This document shows positions 36,835 through 47,065 of a DNA stretch of 64,000 bases, piece after piece. This stretch comes from an uncultured Candidatus Binatia bacterium. GTDB lineage: Bacteria; Desulfobacterota; Binatia; Bin18. Location: NCBI GenBank assembly GCA_965207575.1, contig OZ242288.1, forward strand, positions 3,929,879-3,993,878, in the 5' to 3' direction. The position numbers and the translations under genes were made by a program. The notes below the pieces were generated by a model. It ran no database searches. It had not been told where the DNA came from and saw only the letters and a program-made list of their open reading frames with translations. Every line of letters begins with the position of its first letter. Positions within the stretch are counted from its first letter, which is position 1.

Positions 36835-37272
36835 TTAGGTTACAACACCAAGATACACATACAAGATTGACGCGGCAAAGCTTGAAACGCTGCGGACGGC
36901 ATGAAGTCGGCCCCACTTCTCAAGCAGCACTTGGGTTTCTTCTGAGGTGCGGTCGCGCTCTGGGTCAAGCAGCCGCTTGTTCGTCGGCATGATGCCTAAG
37001 AAAGTGAACGGCACGACGCTGAAGATGAGGCAAGCCCCCACGAACCATAGTCCCGCCCCTCCATTTATCGCTACCGCAACGCCTGCCAGTGCTGCGAGAA
37101 GCGCGAGAGAAGCTTGCATGGCTGCGGCGCGCTTATAGCTCGGTCCAAAAACAGTAGCGGCGAGTTCCGTTCCACAGGCGAGGCGGGCCGGATGCTCCAC
37201 CACAGTAATGTAAATCGCCGCACCAGCAAAAATCGAGCATGCGAGGATGGCGATAATTTCTAGAATTTCCAT
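36835..37272 (-). CDS. DUF1772-like small membrane protein
   Basis: 145 aa, 4 hydrophobic segments; downstream of aminoacylase on the same strand. Confidence 0.5.
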   Translation of the reverse strand: MEILEIIAILACSIFAGAAIYITVVEHPARLACGTELAATVFGPSYKRAAAMQASLALLAALAGVAVAINGGAGLWFVGACLIFSVVPFTFLGIMPTNKRLLDPERDRTSEETQVLLEKWGRLHAVRSVSSFAASILYVYLGVVT

Positions 37273-37310
37273 ACTCGTCTCGCAAAACGGCCTCCCGGTC
37301 CTGTCAGGTT

Positions 37311-39020
37311 TTAACCGGTGGCCCGCGGCCCCCGCAGCAACCGACCGGGCAGCGCGCCCGTGTGTTCGTTGTGACGCAAGACCGTCTCGCCGTTCACAAC
37401 TGTGGCGAGAAAGCCGTTCGCCTGTTGCTTGAGTCGCCGCGCGCCAGCCGGCAGATCATGGACGACTTCCGGCAACTGCGGCGTCACGGTCTGGGGATCA
37501 AAGATCACTACATCGGCGTTCCAGCCCTCACGCAGCAATCCTCGCCCTCTCAGACCCCAGTGAGAGGCCGGAACGAAACTCAACTGTCGCACCGCCTCTT
37601 CCAACGTCAGCGCCTGCTTCTCCCGAACCCAATGACCGAGGACATGGGTTTGGAGCGACGAGTCCATGATCTGGGAGACGTGCGCACCGGAGTCGGAGAA
37701 AGTGATGACCGAGCGCGGGTGCCGCATCATCTCCAGCACATGATCTTGATTGTGGTTGACGAGCGGTTGCAGGAAAAACCGTTTCAGGCTCTTCTCCAAG
37801 GCCAGATCAATAAACACTTCGACCGGGTCTTGATTGCGCTCATCGGCAATCTCGGCGATTGAACGATACGGGGGAGTGGCAGAGTCCATGACAAACAACC
37901 ACTTGAAATTCGCCGCGCGCGGCTCCGCACCAACCCCCTTGTTCTGACCGCGCGGCCGTTGGTGGACGGCTTCAACCAGCTTCTGACGTGTTTCCGGATT
38001 ACGCAGCGCGGCTTCTTGGGCGGCTAATGGGCGTTTTCTGACATCCTCCCATATGGGTAATGTATCAAACGGCGTAGCCGTCTCGAATGACAGCACCACG
38101 TTCAGCGGGCGACTATGCACCTGGATGAACATCCGTCCGCCCGCCTCGGCGGTCTCATCGGCCAGGGCAAAGAACGGCTGCCACATATTTGGTGCCTGAC
38201 GGCTGCTGAACATGCCAAACGTGACCGGCACGCCAGTGTCAACGGCGAGCGCTTTGAGGCGACCAAGATACTCATCAATCCGTTCAGGGTCGAACCGGGC
38301 ATCTTCGTTGGCAATTTCAAACACACCGGCATTCAGCTCGCCCATGACGCCAACCAGTTGGCGTACTTCCTGCCAGGTCGCCAAGCGGCTGGCGACCGGT
38401 TGACCGTCCGGCGTCTGATGGTTGTGGGTCCGCGAGGTGCTCAGTCCAATCGCGCCCGCCTGAATCGCGGCCCGCACTTCGCGCTGCATGGCTTCCAGGT
38501 CCGTCGGGCTCGCTTCCTGCGTAAATGCACGCTCCCCCATGACGTGGGTCCGCAGCGCGGAGTGCCCGATATAGGCGGCATAGTTAATACCCTTCGGGAG
38601 CGCATCGACCGCATCCAGGTACTCCGGGTAGGTGGTCCAACTCCACGGAATACCTGCCTCCATTGCTTCCGGAGCAATATCTTCTGCCCGTTCAAGATTG
38701 CGCATCACCAGCAGTTTGTCCTGCTCGGCGCACGGAGCGAGCGAAAAACCGCAATTCCCCATCACCACACTGGTGATACCATGCCAACAGGAGCACGTTC
38801 CCAGCGGGTCCCAGAACACCTGGGCGTCCATATGGGTGTGCGCATCGACAAACCCTGGAGCGACTACATGGCCCTCGGCATCAATCACCTCCCGAGCACT
38901 GTCGCGGATTCTGCCGATGGTCGCGATTTTTCCGTGGCTGATACCGACGTCAGCCTGGAAACTGGGCAGCCCGGAGCCGTCAATAACCGTACCGTTTTTC
39001 AGAATCAGATCGTATTGCAT
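37311..39020 (-). CDS. N-acyl-D-amino-acid deacylase (D-aminoacylase) family amidohydrolase
   Basis: start moved to MQYDLILKNGTVIDGSG...APGFVDAHTHMD...MGNCGFSLAP signature. Confidence 0.75.
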   Translation of the reverse strand: MQYDLILKNGTVIDGSGLPSFQADVGISHGKIATIGRIRDSAREVIDAEGHVVAPGFVDAHTHMDAQVFWDPLGTCSCWHGITSVVMGNCGFSLAPCAEQDKLLVMRNLERAEDIAPEAMEAGIPWSWTTYPEYLDAVDALPKGINYAAYIGHSALRTHVMGERAFTQEASPTDLEAMQREVRAAIQAGAIGLSTSRTHNHQTPDGQPVASRLATWQEVRQLVGVMGELNAGVFEIANEDARFDPERIDEYLGRLKALAVDTGVPVTFGMFSSRQAPNMWQPFFALADETAEAGGRMFIQVHSRPLNVVLSFETATPFDTLPIWEDVRKRPLAAQEAALRNPETRQKLVEAVHQRPRGQNKGVGAEPRAANFKWLFVMDSATPPYRSIAEIADERNQDPVEVFIDLALEKSLKRFFLQPLVNHNQDHVLEMMRHPRSVITFSDSGAHVSQIMDSSLQTHVLGHWVREKQALTLEEAVRQLSFVPASHWGLRGRGLLREGWNADVVIFDPQTVTPQLPEVVHDLPAGARRLKQQANGFLATVVNGETVLRHNEHTGALPGRLLRGPRATG

Positions 39021-39127
39021 GCCCCCTCTATAAACGATGCGAGAGAGCGAAAGCAAGCCATAGCAACCTGGTCGAATCTGACGTAGAGTACGGACAATGA
39101 AGCGCAATCGGTAAGGAGGGAGAGCTC

Positions 39128-40240
39128 ATGTCGGAGTATACACTCATTTCAGCAGACTCGCATTTTGTTGAGCCGCCTAATATGTGGGCCGAGCGGATAG
39201 ATAAGAAATTTCGTGACCGTGCCCCGCACACCGTCAAGGGGCTGAACGGGCGCGCCGGGGAGTGGTTCGTGTGTGAGAATATCACCCCCATGTCCGTCGC
39301 CGGCTTTTTTGGGGCTGGTGTGCCGTCGCCGGAACTTCCCGAGCACAATAAAAAAGGCTTTGATGAAGCGCCCAAGAGCGTCTGGGACCCCGCCTATCGG
39401 ATCGCGGACCAGGATCGTGACGGCGTCCGGGCAGAGGTTATTTATACCTCCATGGGGATGCCGCTGTTCGGTCTGGACGATGCGGAATTGCGCTATTCCT
39501 GCTTTCGGGCCTTTAACGACTGGGCGACCGAGTATTGCAGTTATGACCCGAAGCGCCTCGTTCCGTTGGGTCTGATCACGCTGGAAGACATTCCACTGGC
39601 CGTGGACGAACTGCAACGCATCGCCAAGCAGGGCATGCGGGGCGCAATGATTTGGGCAGAACCGCCGGACGACCGTCCCTATAGTCATCCCGACTATGAG
39701 CCGTTTTGGGCCGCGGCCCAGGACCTGAATATGCCGCTCTCACTCCACATTCTCACCGCCCGGAGTGGCACGGGCGCAAACCAGGCCAGCGGCAAGGGTT
39801 TTCTCCTGTCCCTGGCGACCCTCCATCACCAGATCGAGCGCTCGATTTCCGAGATGGTCTATGGCGGCGTGCTGGAGAAGTTTCCCGGTCTGAAAATCGT
39901 TTCCGCGGAAAACGACGTCGGCTGGATGGCCTACCTCATGTACCGGCTCGACATCGTGCAGCGTCGCTTGGGGGCACTTGGGAATATGGACCTGCCGAAG
40001 CGCGCCAGCGACTATGTCAAACGTCAGGTGTATGCGACCTTTATCGCCGACCCGGTGTTTGTGGACTCGCTCCATCGCTACGGTCCGGACAACACCATGT
40101 GGTCATCCGACTATCCACATACCGCGGCGACCTTTCCGCGCTCGCGGGAGATCGTCAACAAGCGGCTGGGCATGCTACCCGACGAGGAGTTGCGGAAGAT
40201 CGTCCATGACACCGCCGCTCGCGTGTACGGCCTGGAGTAA
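39128..40240 (+). CDS. amidohydrolase-2 family (ACMSD-like metal-dependent hydrolase/decarboxylase)
   Basis: 370 aa; ISADSHFVEP...WSSDYPH motifs; AAGGAGGG RBS; paralog of 50971..52089. Confidence 0.75.
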   Translation: MSEYTLISADSHFVEPPNMWAERIDKKFRDRAPHTVKGLNGRAGEWFVCENITPMSVAGFFGAGVPSPELPEHNKKGFDEAPKSVWDPAYRIADQDRDGVRAEVIYTSMGMPLFGLDDAELRYSCFRAFNDWATEYCSYDPKRLVPLGLITLEDIPLAVDELQRIAKQGMRGAMIWAEPPDDRPYSHPDYEPFWAAAQDLNMPLSLHILTARSGTGANQASGKGFLLSLATLHHQIERSISEMVYGGVLEKFPGLKIVSAENDVGWMAYLMYRLDIVQRRLGALGNMDLPKRASDYVKRQVYATFIADPVFVDSLHRYGPDNTMWSSDYPHTAATFPRSREIVNKRLGMLPDEELRKIVHDTAARVYGLE

Positions 40241-40319
40241 AACAGCGCCGCTATTGATACCTGCCATAGAGAGCCAGGCCGAGGGCACGCTCTCGGCCTG
40301 GCTGTAGAAAGAAGATGAT

Positions 40320-40871
40320 ATGAAACTCTCACAGCCCCGTATCACCCCACTCACACCGGACGAATGGACGGACGAGCAGCGAGAGGCCCTGGAGTCCCGC
40401 TCTCGTGAGGGCCGCGTCTATAATGTGGTTGGTACCCTGGCGCGACATTGGGAAGCCGCGAAAAAATTCCAGGTCTGGGCCTACCACATCATGGGCGAGA
40501 CCTCGACTCTGGTCCCCAGAGAGCGCGAGCTATTGATATTGCGTATCGGCTGGCTGTGTCAGGCCGAATACGAATGGGGCCAGCACGTGATTTTCGGCAG
40601 AGAAGCCGGGCTGACGGATGAAGAAATAGCGCGAATCAAAGAGGGCCCAAACGCGGACGGCTGGGACCCTTTTGACGCCACCCTGCTGCGCGCCGCCGAC
40701 GAACTGCACGCAGACGCGTTTATCAGCGACGCCACCTGGGCGGCCCTGAGCGAGCGCTACACGACCCAGCAACTCATGGACGTGGTCTTCACCGTCGGCC
40801 AATACAATATGGTGTCCATGGCGCTCAACTCCTTCGGTGTGCAACTGGACAGCGGCGTCGCCGGCTTCTGA
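40320..40871 (+). CDS. carboxymuconolactone decarboxylase (CMD/AhpD-like) family protein
   Basis: 183 aa; CQAEYEWGQH motif region. Confidence 0.65.
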   Translation: MKLSQPRITPLTPDEWTDEQREALESRSREGRVYNVVGTLARHWEAAKKFQVWAYHIMGETSTLVPRERELLILRIGWLCQAEYEWGQHVIFGREAGLTDEEIARIKEGPNADGWDPFDATLLRAADELHADAFISDATWAALSERYTTQQLMDVVFTVGQYNMVSMALNSFGVQLDSGVAGF

Positions 40872-40986
40872 CGCTTGCCCTGTCCTTTATAGATATATTT
40901 AGCCACGCCGCACGGCTCTGACCTCCCGCTCTATGTCTACGGGTGCGACCATCTCCGGACCGTTTTGAGAGGAGCGGATCCACTCA

Positions 40987-42735
40987 TCAAGAGCCAGCCG
41001 ACTCCACACGGACCGTAACCACATCGGTGTCGTGGAATTGCTGATGGCGTACGGACGTCGCGTGGTGTTGGAGCAGGCGCAAGGAAAGCTCATCTTCATT
41101 GGGTATCTTAGCGGCCTGTTCACTGAGGACTGTCATTTGATCCTCTAAGTTGGCCTTGTTGGCAGACACAATAAACTCCAAATCGATTGCTCTGCCATTC
41201 TTTCGTGCAATGAGGAGCATTTGGCGCTCTTCCCGCGCTTTCTCATCGCCTTTCTGTTGAATAAACGTCAGTAAGGCTTCTTCTCCGACTGCTCGGAGTT
41301 GCTCCGCCCATTCCGGGCCACAGCGTTTGCGGGCGGCAAATTCAGACAAAAAGGTGTCAATTTTCGGGAGTGCCTCGAGATGGACGGCAGTCTTGAAACG
41401 TTGCGGTCGTGAGCCCGTCAGGCGAAGGAATAAGGTCAGGACGATCACCATGCCGCAGCCGGTCGTTACCCCGTTCTCTAATAATTCCCCCAGCGTTCCG
41501 TGGAGATACTCAGGAAATATCCAGCCAAATTGCATGGCAATTCCAATCCAGAACGAGAATCCGACAATCACCCCCTTTTGATAGTCGAGTCCGTCCTGGA
41601 CAAGAACGCGAATACCCATCACAAAGAGGACGGACGCGATTACAATGAGGTATGATGCCGTCACTGGACTCGGGATGGCCAACACCACCGCGATCAGTTT
41701 GGGCAGGAAGGCAATCACCACGAACAGTCCTCCCACGCACACGCCAACCGCCCGCGATGCCACTCTGGTGATTTCGGCAATCGCGATACTTGCCGCATAG
41801 GTCGTGTTCGGCACCGTGCCAGCAAGCCCGGAGAGCAGGTTGCCCAGACCGTCGGCATTGAGCGAGCCTTGAATCGAGCGAAAGTCCACGGCCCGTGGTC
41901 TGCGCCACGAGGCGCGTTGTATTGCGATGGTATCCCCAATCGTATCGAGCGCCCCCACAAAGGTTACCATCACGAACGCCGGCAGCAGCGCCCAGAAGTG
42001 AGGACCAAAGCTCAAATCAAATCCAGGCCATACTACAGCGGGCGTTCCAATCCAGGTTGCTTCAAAAATACGCGTGGTGTCGTAGATACCGAAAAAGGCC
42101 CCCGTGATACTGCCTGCACCCATGCCGATGATGGGCGCCCACAAGCGCAACATTCCCGAACCGCGAATCGCCACAACGACCATCGCGAGGACGGTTACGG
42201 CCGCCGTTGCCGGTGCGGCCGCAGGAGAAGCCCACTCTGGCACGTCTACCAACTTCTTCATAATAAGCGGCCCGAGCATGACGGGAATCAGGAGCATCGC
42301 GGTCCCGGCCACGGTTGGCGTGAATATCTGCCGCAGGAGCGATAACTTCCCGGCCATGATGAACTGGAAGAAGGAGGAAATGACGATCAGGCTTGCCAGC
42401 AGACCCGGTCCTCCCTGCTCCAGTGCGGAGACGCAGACGGGCAGGAAGGCACTCGTACTGCCCATGAGCAGAATATAGCCCGAACCAAATCGCCCAAACC
42501 GGATCACTTGAATGAGCGTCGTGATCCCGCCGATCACCAGCGCCGAAAAGACCGCCCAGGACAGATACGCCTCGCTACCTTGCGCTAATTGGATCATCAT
42601 GGCGGGGATAATCATGATGCTCGCCATAGCAATCACGGCATACTGAAGTCCAAGCCCGAGGAGGAGCGGGCGCGGGGGACGCTCATCGGGTTCGTAGCGA
42701 ATGTCTTGGTGGGATTGGGTGGATTGATCCGCCAT
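40987..42735 (-). CDS. UraA-fold (NCS2/xanthine-uracil permease-like) transporter with ~140-aa cytoplasmic C-terminal extension
   Basis: 582 aa; LLGLGLQYAVIAMASIM and MGSTSAFLPV resemble NCS2 signatures; extra C-terminal soluble domain. Confidence 0.55.
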   Translation of the reverse strand: MADQSTQSHQDIRYEPDERPPRPLLLGLGLQYAVIAMASIMIIPAMMIQLAQGSEAYLSWAVFSALVIGGITTLIQVIRFGRFGSGYILLMGSTSAFLPVCVSALEQGGPGLLASLIVISSFFQFIMAGKLSLLRQIFTPTVAGTAMLLIPVMLGPLIMKKLVDVPEWASPAAAPATAAVTVLAMVVVAIRGSGMLRLWAPIIGMGAGSITGAFFGIYDTTRIFEATWIGTPAVVWPGFDLSFGPHFWALLPAFVMVTFVGALDTIGDTIAIQRASWRRPRAVDFRSIQGSLNADGLGNLLSGLAGTVPNTTYAASIAIAEITRVASRAVGVCVGGLFVVIAFLPKLIAVVLAIPSPVTASYLIVIASVLFVMGIRVLVQDGLDYQKGVIVGFSFWIGIAMQFGWIFPEYLHGTLGELLENGVTTGCGMVIVLTLFLRLTGSRPQRFKTAVHLEALPKIDTFLSEFAARKRCGPEWAEQLRAVGEEALLTFIQQKGDEKAREERQMLLIARKNGRAIDLEFIVSANKANLEDQMTVLSEQAAKIPNEDELSLRLLQHHATSVRHQQFHDTDVVTVRVESAGS

Positions 42736-42972
42736 TATTCACTTTCTCCTAGTGGAGCCCCGTGGTTCCAACCTTCCTACCCTGACGAAGAGACACCTAT
42801 AGAACCCAAAGGCTTCGAGACCAGCGTACTCCCGCAGCCTTTCGTGCCTGCCACAGCTTTGAAAACCCGATAGGCGAATTTCCTCACAGTCTGTTGAGAA
42901 GGAAAAAAGAGGCCGAGGCACTGCCACGCGTCACCATCGCGCTTCTTGAACGGTACAATGTTGCTCAGCCTT

Positions 42973-43986
42973 TCAGCTTTCATCAATATGCACGCGCAGT
43001 GCCGGCAGCACCCGCTCGCCCAGTAATTGCAGGCCCTGTGCGGTTGTGAGACCGTGGGGGGTACCGAACTCGACCCGTCGGGCACCTGCTTCAAACAGCG
43101 CCGCGGCTTGGTTGGCTACCTGGTCCGGCGTTCCGGCAAAAGCCAACCGCTGGAGTAAATCGTCAGAGATATAGCTCCCGGCCCGCTCAAAATCATAGGC
43201 GTCAGTCGCCTCCTTGAGGCGCGCCAACAACTCCGGCTCAATGACCAGGCTGGGGTCCAGCGTGGCGATAATTGGTAGATAGAGCGCGGCTTCTCGCCGC
43301 GCCAGATCACGAGCGGCCTTGCCGTCCGTATCAACCACCGTGACCGCTCCAACCACGAGGCCAATTTCGTCGGCCTGCCTTCGGGCCTGCATAGCGCCCT
43401 CCGCTATAGCGGCACGCATCTGAGACACTGCGGTCGGATTCGTTGTTCCGCCGAGTTTGACCTCAGCAATCTCTTCAATACACGCGGCCAGCGTCTTCTG
43501 CCCCCACGTCCCCAACAGAAAAGGCAGCTCTGACCGGTGTATCTTCCAGCGCAGGGCCGCACCGCCCGCTAAGGAAAACACCTCTCCCCGGTAGGGTTCG
43601 GTCGATTGGCTGAGCAGATGTCGAATGCACCCAAACGCCTCACGGAGTGCGGTGATGGGCCGCGGCGGGTACAGACCGACAAAATCCAGCCACCCCCCAC
43701 GTGCCAAGCCCAAGTACGCCCGCCCGTGCGAGGCTTCGTCCAGAAGCGCGATATCGCCAGCGATATTGATGGGGTGACAGGTAAACGGATTGACCGCCGC
43801 GGGACCGATCCGGACGCGGGTCGTGTGTCGCGCGATTTCCAGCAAGGGCAGCCAGGCGGGCTGATACAGCATGTCATTATAGACGCTCACGCCGGCAAAG
43901 CCGTAGTCTTCAACGATTTGCGCCAGCGGCCCGTAGGCTGAAACAGGCTTATCCGTCTGAAAGGCAATGCTGACTGAACGGGTCAT
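42973..43986 (-). CDS. LLM-class F420-dependent oxidoreductase (Mer-like)
   Basis: 337 aa LLM-type TIM barrel. Confidence 0.7.
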   Translation of the reverse strand: MTRSVSIAFQTDKPVSAYGPLAQIVEDYGFAGVSVYNDMLYQPAWLPLLEIARHTTRVRIGPAAVNPFTCHPINIAGDIALLDEASHGRAYLGLARGGWLDFVGLYPPRPITALREAFGCIRHLLSQSTEPYRGEVFSLAGGAALRWKIHRSELPFLLGTWGQKTLAACIEEIAEVKLGGTTNPTAVSQMRAAIAEGAMQARRQADEIGLVVGAVTVVDTDGKAARDLARREAALYLPIIATLDPSLVIEPELLARLKEATDAYDFERAGSYISDDLLQRLAFAGTPDQVANQAAALFEAGARRVEFGTPHGLTTAQGLQLLGERVLPALRVHIDES

Positions 43987-44047
43987 CGCGAGTGTATGAC
44001 ACAGCGGCCAGGGACGTGGCCGCTGCCGCGGGTGACTTCACCGTTCC

Positions 44048-44926
44048 CTACGCGCCAGGCGCAAAGGCTTCGACCGCGCGCATATCGGGCAGGGATTCGT
44101 CGTCTGCCTTAACCGGCAAAAAGCAGACGTGCGTGGCACCGGCTTTGAGATGGGCGTCGATACGGTCTTGAATCTGCTCTTCACTGCCCCAGGCAACAAT
44201 GGCGTCCACCAGGGCATCGCTGCACCCGTCTTCAAAGTCTGCGTCTTTCCAGCCCAGGTTTTTCAGGTTGTTGGTATAATTGGGCAGGCGAGGAACATAG
44301 GTCTTCATATACTGCCGCGCGGCGGCACGGGCCTTGGTCGCATCCTTTTCAAGGATGACCGCCTGGGCGGCGCAGATCCAGGCGTCGGGGCCGATCTGCT
44401 CACGCACCTTGGCCGTATGTTCCGGCGGTACGAAATAGGTATGCGTGCCCTGGGCCTGTTCGGCGGACAGGGCCAGCATCTTGGGGTGCAGGGCGGCAAT
44501 CACGATGGGAGCCGGCTCTTGAGGTTTCGGTGCTTGGTAAAAGACATCTTTCAGCTTCGGCAGATACTCCTTCATATAGCTATACGGCTTGTTGTAGTCG
44601 TGGCCACGCAGATTGGACACAATCGGCTTGTGACTGACGCCAATGCCGAGCACAAACCGACCGCCCGACAGCTCGGCCACCGTATTGGTTGCCGTGGCCA
44701 TGGTATAGGCATCCCGCGCCCAGATATTGGCAATCCCGGTTGCAATAGACAACTGCTCGGTATTGCTCAACAGATAGGCCGCATGGGCAAACGGCTCACG
44801 CCCGACAGCCTCCGGAATCCACAAGGTCTGATAGCCGGATTTCTCAACGGTCCGGGCGAACTGGGCACTTTCAGGAGCCGTCATTCCATCCAGAAAAAAC
44901 CAGACTCCCACTTTACCGATATCCAT
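44048..44926 (-). CDS. LLM-class F420-dependent oxidoreductase
   Basis: start moved to MDIGKVGVWFF with GAGGAGG RBS; typical small F420-LLM. Confidence 0.7.
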   Translation of the reverse strand: MDIGKVGVWFFLDGMTAPESAQFARTVEKSGYQTLWIPEAVGREPFAHAAYLLSNTEQLSIATGIANIWARDAYTMATATNTVAELSGGRFVLGIGVSHKPIVSNLRGHDYNKPYSYMKEYLPKLKDVFYQAPKPQEPAPIVIAALHPKMLALSAEQAQGTHTYFVPPEHTAKVREQIGPDAWICAAQAVILEKDATKARAAARQYMKTYVPRLPNYTNNLKNLGWKDADFEDGCSDALVDAIVAWGSEEQIQDRIDAHLKAGATHVCFLPVKADDESLPDMRAVEAFAPGA

Positions 44927-45086
44927 AGAAAACCTCCTCATTCAGCAGTCTCGTCGTTGTGACGAACCCGCACCATATGCCGCGCATTATTGGGCTGTCA
45001 ATCTTGAGCCAGGGTTGAGGGCCGCGCTCCCTCGCCAAGACCGGCGGGGATGTGGTATAGCAGCTTTCGAGAAAGGATCGATTCCC

Positions 45087-45980
45087 ATGTCCCTGACATT
45101 CCGCAAACTTCACCCCCATTTCGCGGCCGAGGTCAGCCCCATTGATCTCCGCCAGGTAACTGACTCCGAGGCGCTGCTGGAGATTCGCGCCGGCATGGAC
45201 GAGTACGCCCTGCTCGTCTTCCGTAACCAGCACTTCACGGACGAGGAGCACCTGGCCTTCGCCCAACGCCTGGACGGCCAGTTACACACCAAGACCGGCA
45301 TCAGCGCCCTCCAGAAGAACCGACTGGGCAACGAGGCATTGGCCGATGTCTCCAACCTCAACGCGAACGGGGAGGTCTATCAGGCCGATGACCGCAAGCG
45401 CATGTACGGCCTGGGCAATCGGCTGTGGCACACGGACGCCTCTTTCCAGGACCCGCCCGGACGCTACTCCATGCTCTTTGCCAGAGTCGTCCCGCCCGTC
45501 AGCGCGGACACGGAATATGCCGACATGCGGGCGGCCTATGACCGCTTATCGGACGCAATGAAGGCCCGGCTTGAGGGGCTGCGCGTGCATCACTCCATCG
45601 CTCACTCGCGCCACGTTCTGGGTTTCGAGTTTTCCCAAACGGAGCAGGAGATTCTCAAGGGCGCGATTCATCCCCTGATCCGCGCCCTGCCGCGCACGGG
45701 TCGCAAGTCGCTCTACATCGCGGCGCACGCCTCCAAAATCATCGACTGGCCGATTCCCGAAGGCCGCCTGCTGCTGCTCGAACTGATTGAGCACGCCACC
45801 CGACCGGAGTGTGTCTACCGGCACTCCTGGCAGGTCGGAGACCTCGTGATCTACGATAACCGGGCGACCATGCACCGGGCTCGGCCGTATGCAGACACGA
45901 CATACCGGCGTGAACTGCGGCGGGTGACCTCGCTGGATGTCGAGTACGGTATCGAGCAGGCGGGCGCGGCACCCCATTGA
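45087..45980 (+). CDS. TauD/TfdA-family Fe(II)/2-oxoglutarate dioxygenase
   Basis: start at internal ATG; WHTDASF...(HxD) and IYDNRATMHRA motifs; paralog of 55028..55891. Confidence 0.75.
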   Translation: MSLTFRKLHPHFAAEVSPIDLRQVTDSEALLEIRAGMDEYALLVFRNQHFTDEEHLAFAQRLDGQLHTKTGISALQKNRLGNEALADVSNLNANGEVYQADDRKRMYGLGNRLWHTDASFQDPPGRYSMLFARVVPPVSADTEYADMRAAYDRLSDAMKARLEGLRVHHSIAHSRHVLGFEFSQTEQEILKGAIHPLIRALPRTGRKSLYIAAHASKIIDWPIPEGRLLLLELIEHATRPECVYRHSWQVGDLVIYDNRATMHRARPYADTTYRRELRRVTSLDVEYGIEQAGAAPH

Positions 45981-46016
45981 GACGGGAAGCAAGGAGAGAG
46001 GAAAGGAGACTCCCCC

Positions 46017-46988
46017 ATGGCAAATGTCCAGACAGTACTCGGCGACCGTTCCACCGACGATTTGGGATTCACCCTGATCCACGAGCATTTAACCGTCGGT
46101 TTCCCTGGCTATGAATGGGATAACACCAGTTTTGACCGCAAAAAGGAAATCGCCGGCGCCGTGGAAAAGCTCAAAGAGATCAAAGAACTCGGCGTCACCT
46201 CGTTTGTTGACCCCTGTCCGATGGAATTGGGTCGCGACCCGGAATTTGCCGCGGAATGCGCGGACAAATCCGGCCTGAATGTCGTGGTCGCCACCGGTCT
46301 GTACAACGAAGCGCTCGGTATTCCGCCCCACTTCCGGAGTCTGCCCGCGGACGATATCGCCGAAATCTATGTGCGGGAGATTACGGACGGCATTGATAAA
46401 ACGGGCATCAAAGCCGGCCTCATCAAAACCGCGACCGGCGGGATTCCGGGCATGACCGAGACCGCCAAAACGATCGGCACGCACGAAGAAACCTGTCTGC
46501 GCGCGGCGGCCCGCGCCCATAAGGCCACGGGTGTTCCCATCCTGTGTCACAACGACGAGTTGGGCCCATTTGGCCGCGAGACCCTGGACGTGTTTGAAGA
46601 TGAAGGCGTGGATTTCAATCGGGTGCTCATCGGCCACGCCTGTGGTGTGGGCGATATGCGTTATTATTTTGACGTTTTAGACCGCGGCGCGTGGATCGGG
46701 TTTGACCGCTTCGGTATTGACATCATTGCTCCGGATAAAATGCGCCTGGCCTCGCTGATTGGCCTGCTGGCCGTCGGCTATGACCGGATTATGCTCTCGC
46801 ATGATGCCGTCCATTGTCTGATGGGCCGACCCAGTAAAGCCTGGGAGCAGTTTGTCGAAGCCTGTCCGAACAGTAATTACTCTCATATTCTGAAAAACAT
46901 TATTCCAACCCTGGCCAAGGCCGGTGTGAGTGAGGGAACCATTCACACCTTGATGGTCGAAAATCCCAAGAGCTATTTTGGCGGGTAA
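46017..46988 (+). CDS. phosphotriesterase-family (PTE/PLL lactonase-like) hydrolase
   Basis: 323 aa; FTLIHEHL HxH metal motif and PTE TIM-barrel pattern. Confidence 0.8.
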   Translation: MANVQTVLGDRSTDDLGFTLIHEHLTVGFPGYEWDNTSFDRKKEIAGAVEKLKEIKELGVTSFVDPCPMELGRDPEFAAECADKSGLNVVVATGLYNEALGIPPHFRSLPADDIAEIYVREITDGIDKTGIKAGLIKTATGGIPGMTETAKTIGTHEETCLRAAARAHKATGVPILCHNDELGPFGRETLDVFEDEGVDFNRVLIGHACGVGDMRYYFDVLDRGAWIGFDRFGIDIIAPDKMRLASLIGLLAVGYDRIMLSHDAVHCLMGRPSKAWEQFVEACPNSNYSHILKNIIPTLAKAGVSEGTIHTLMVENPKSYFGG

Positions 46989-47065
46989 GTCTTGCTCTGG
47001 GCGGTGGCGCTGCAACCGCCCAGCCCGCCGTTCCGCATAGCAGGCCCGGAGAGCACCCCTCACCC

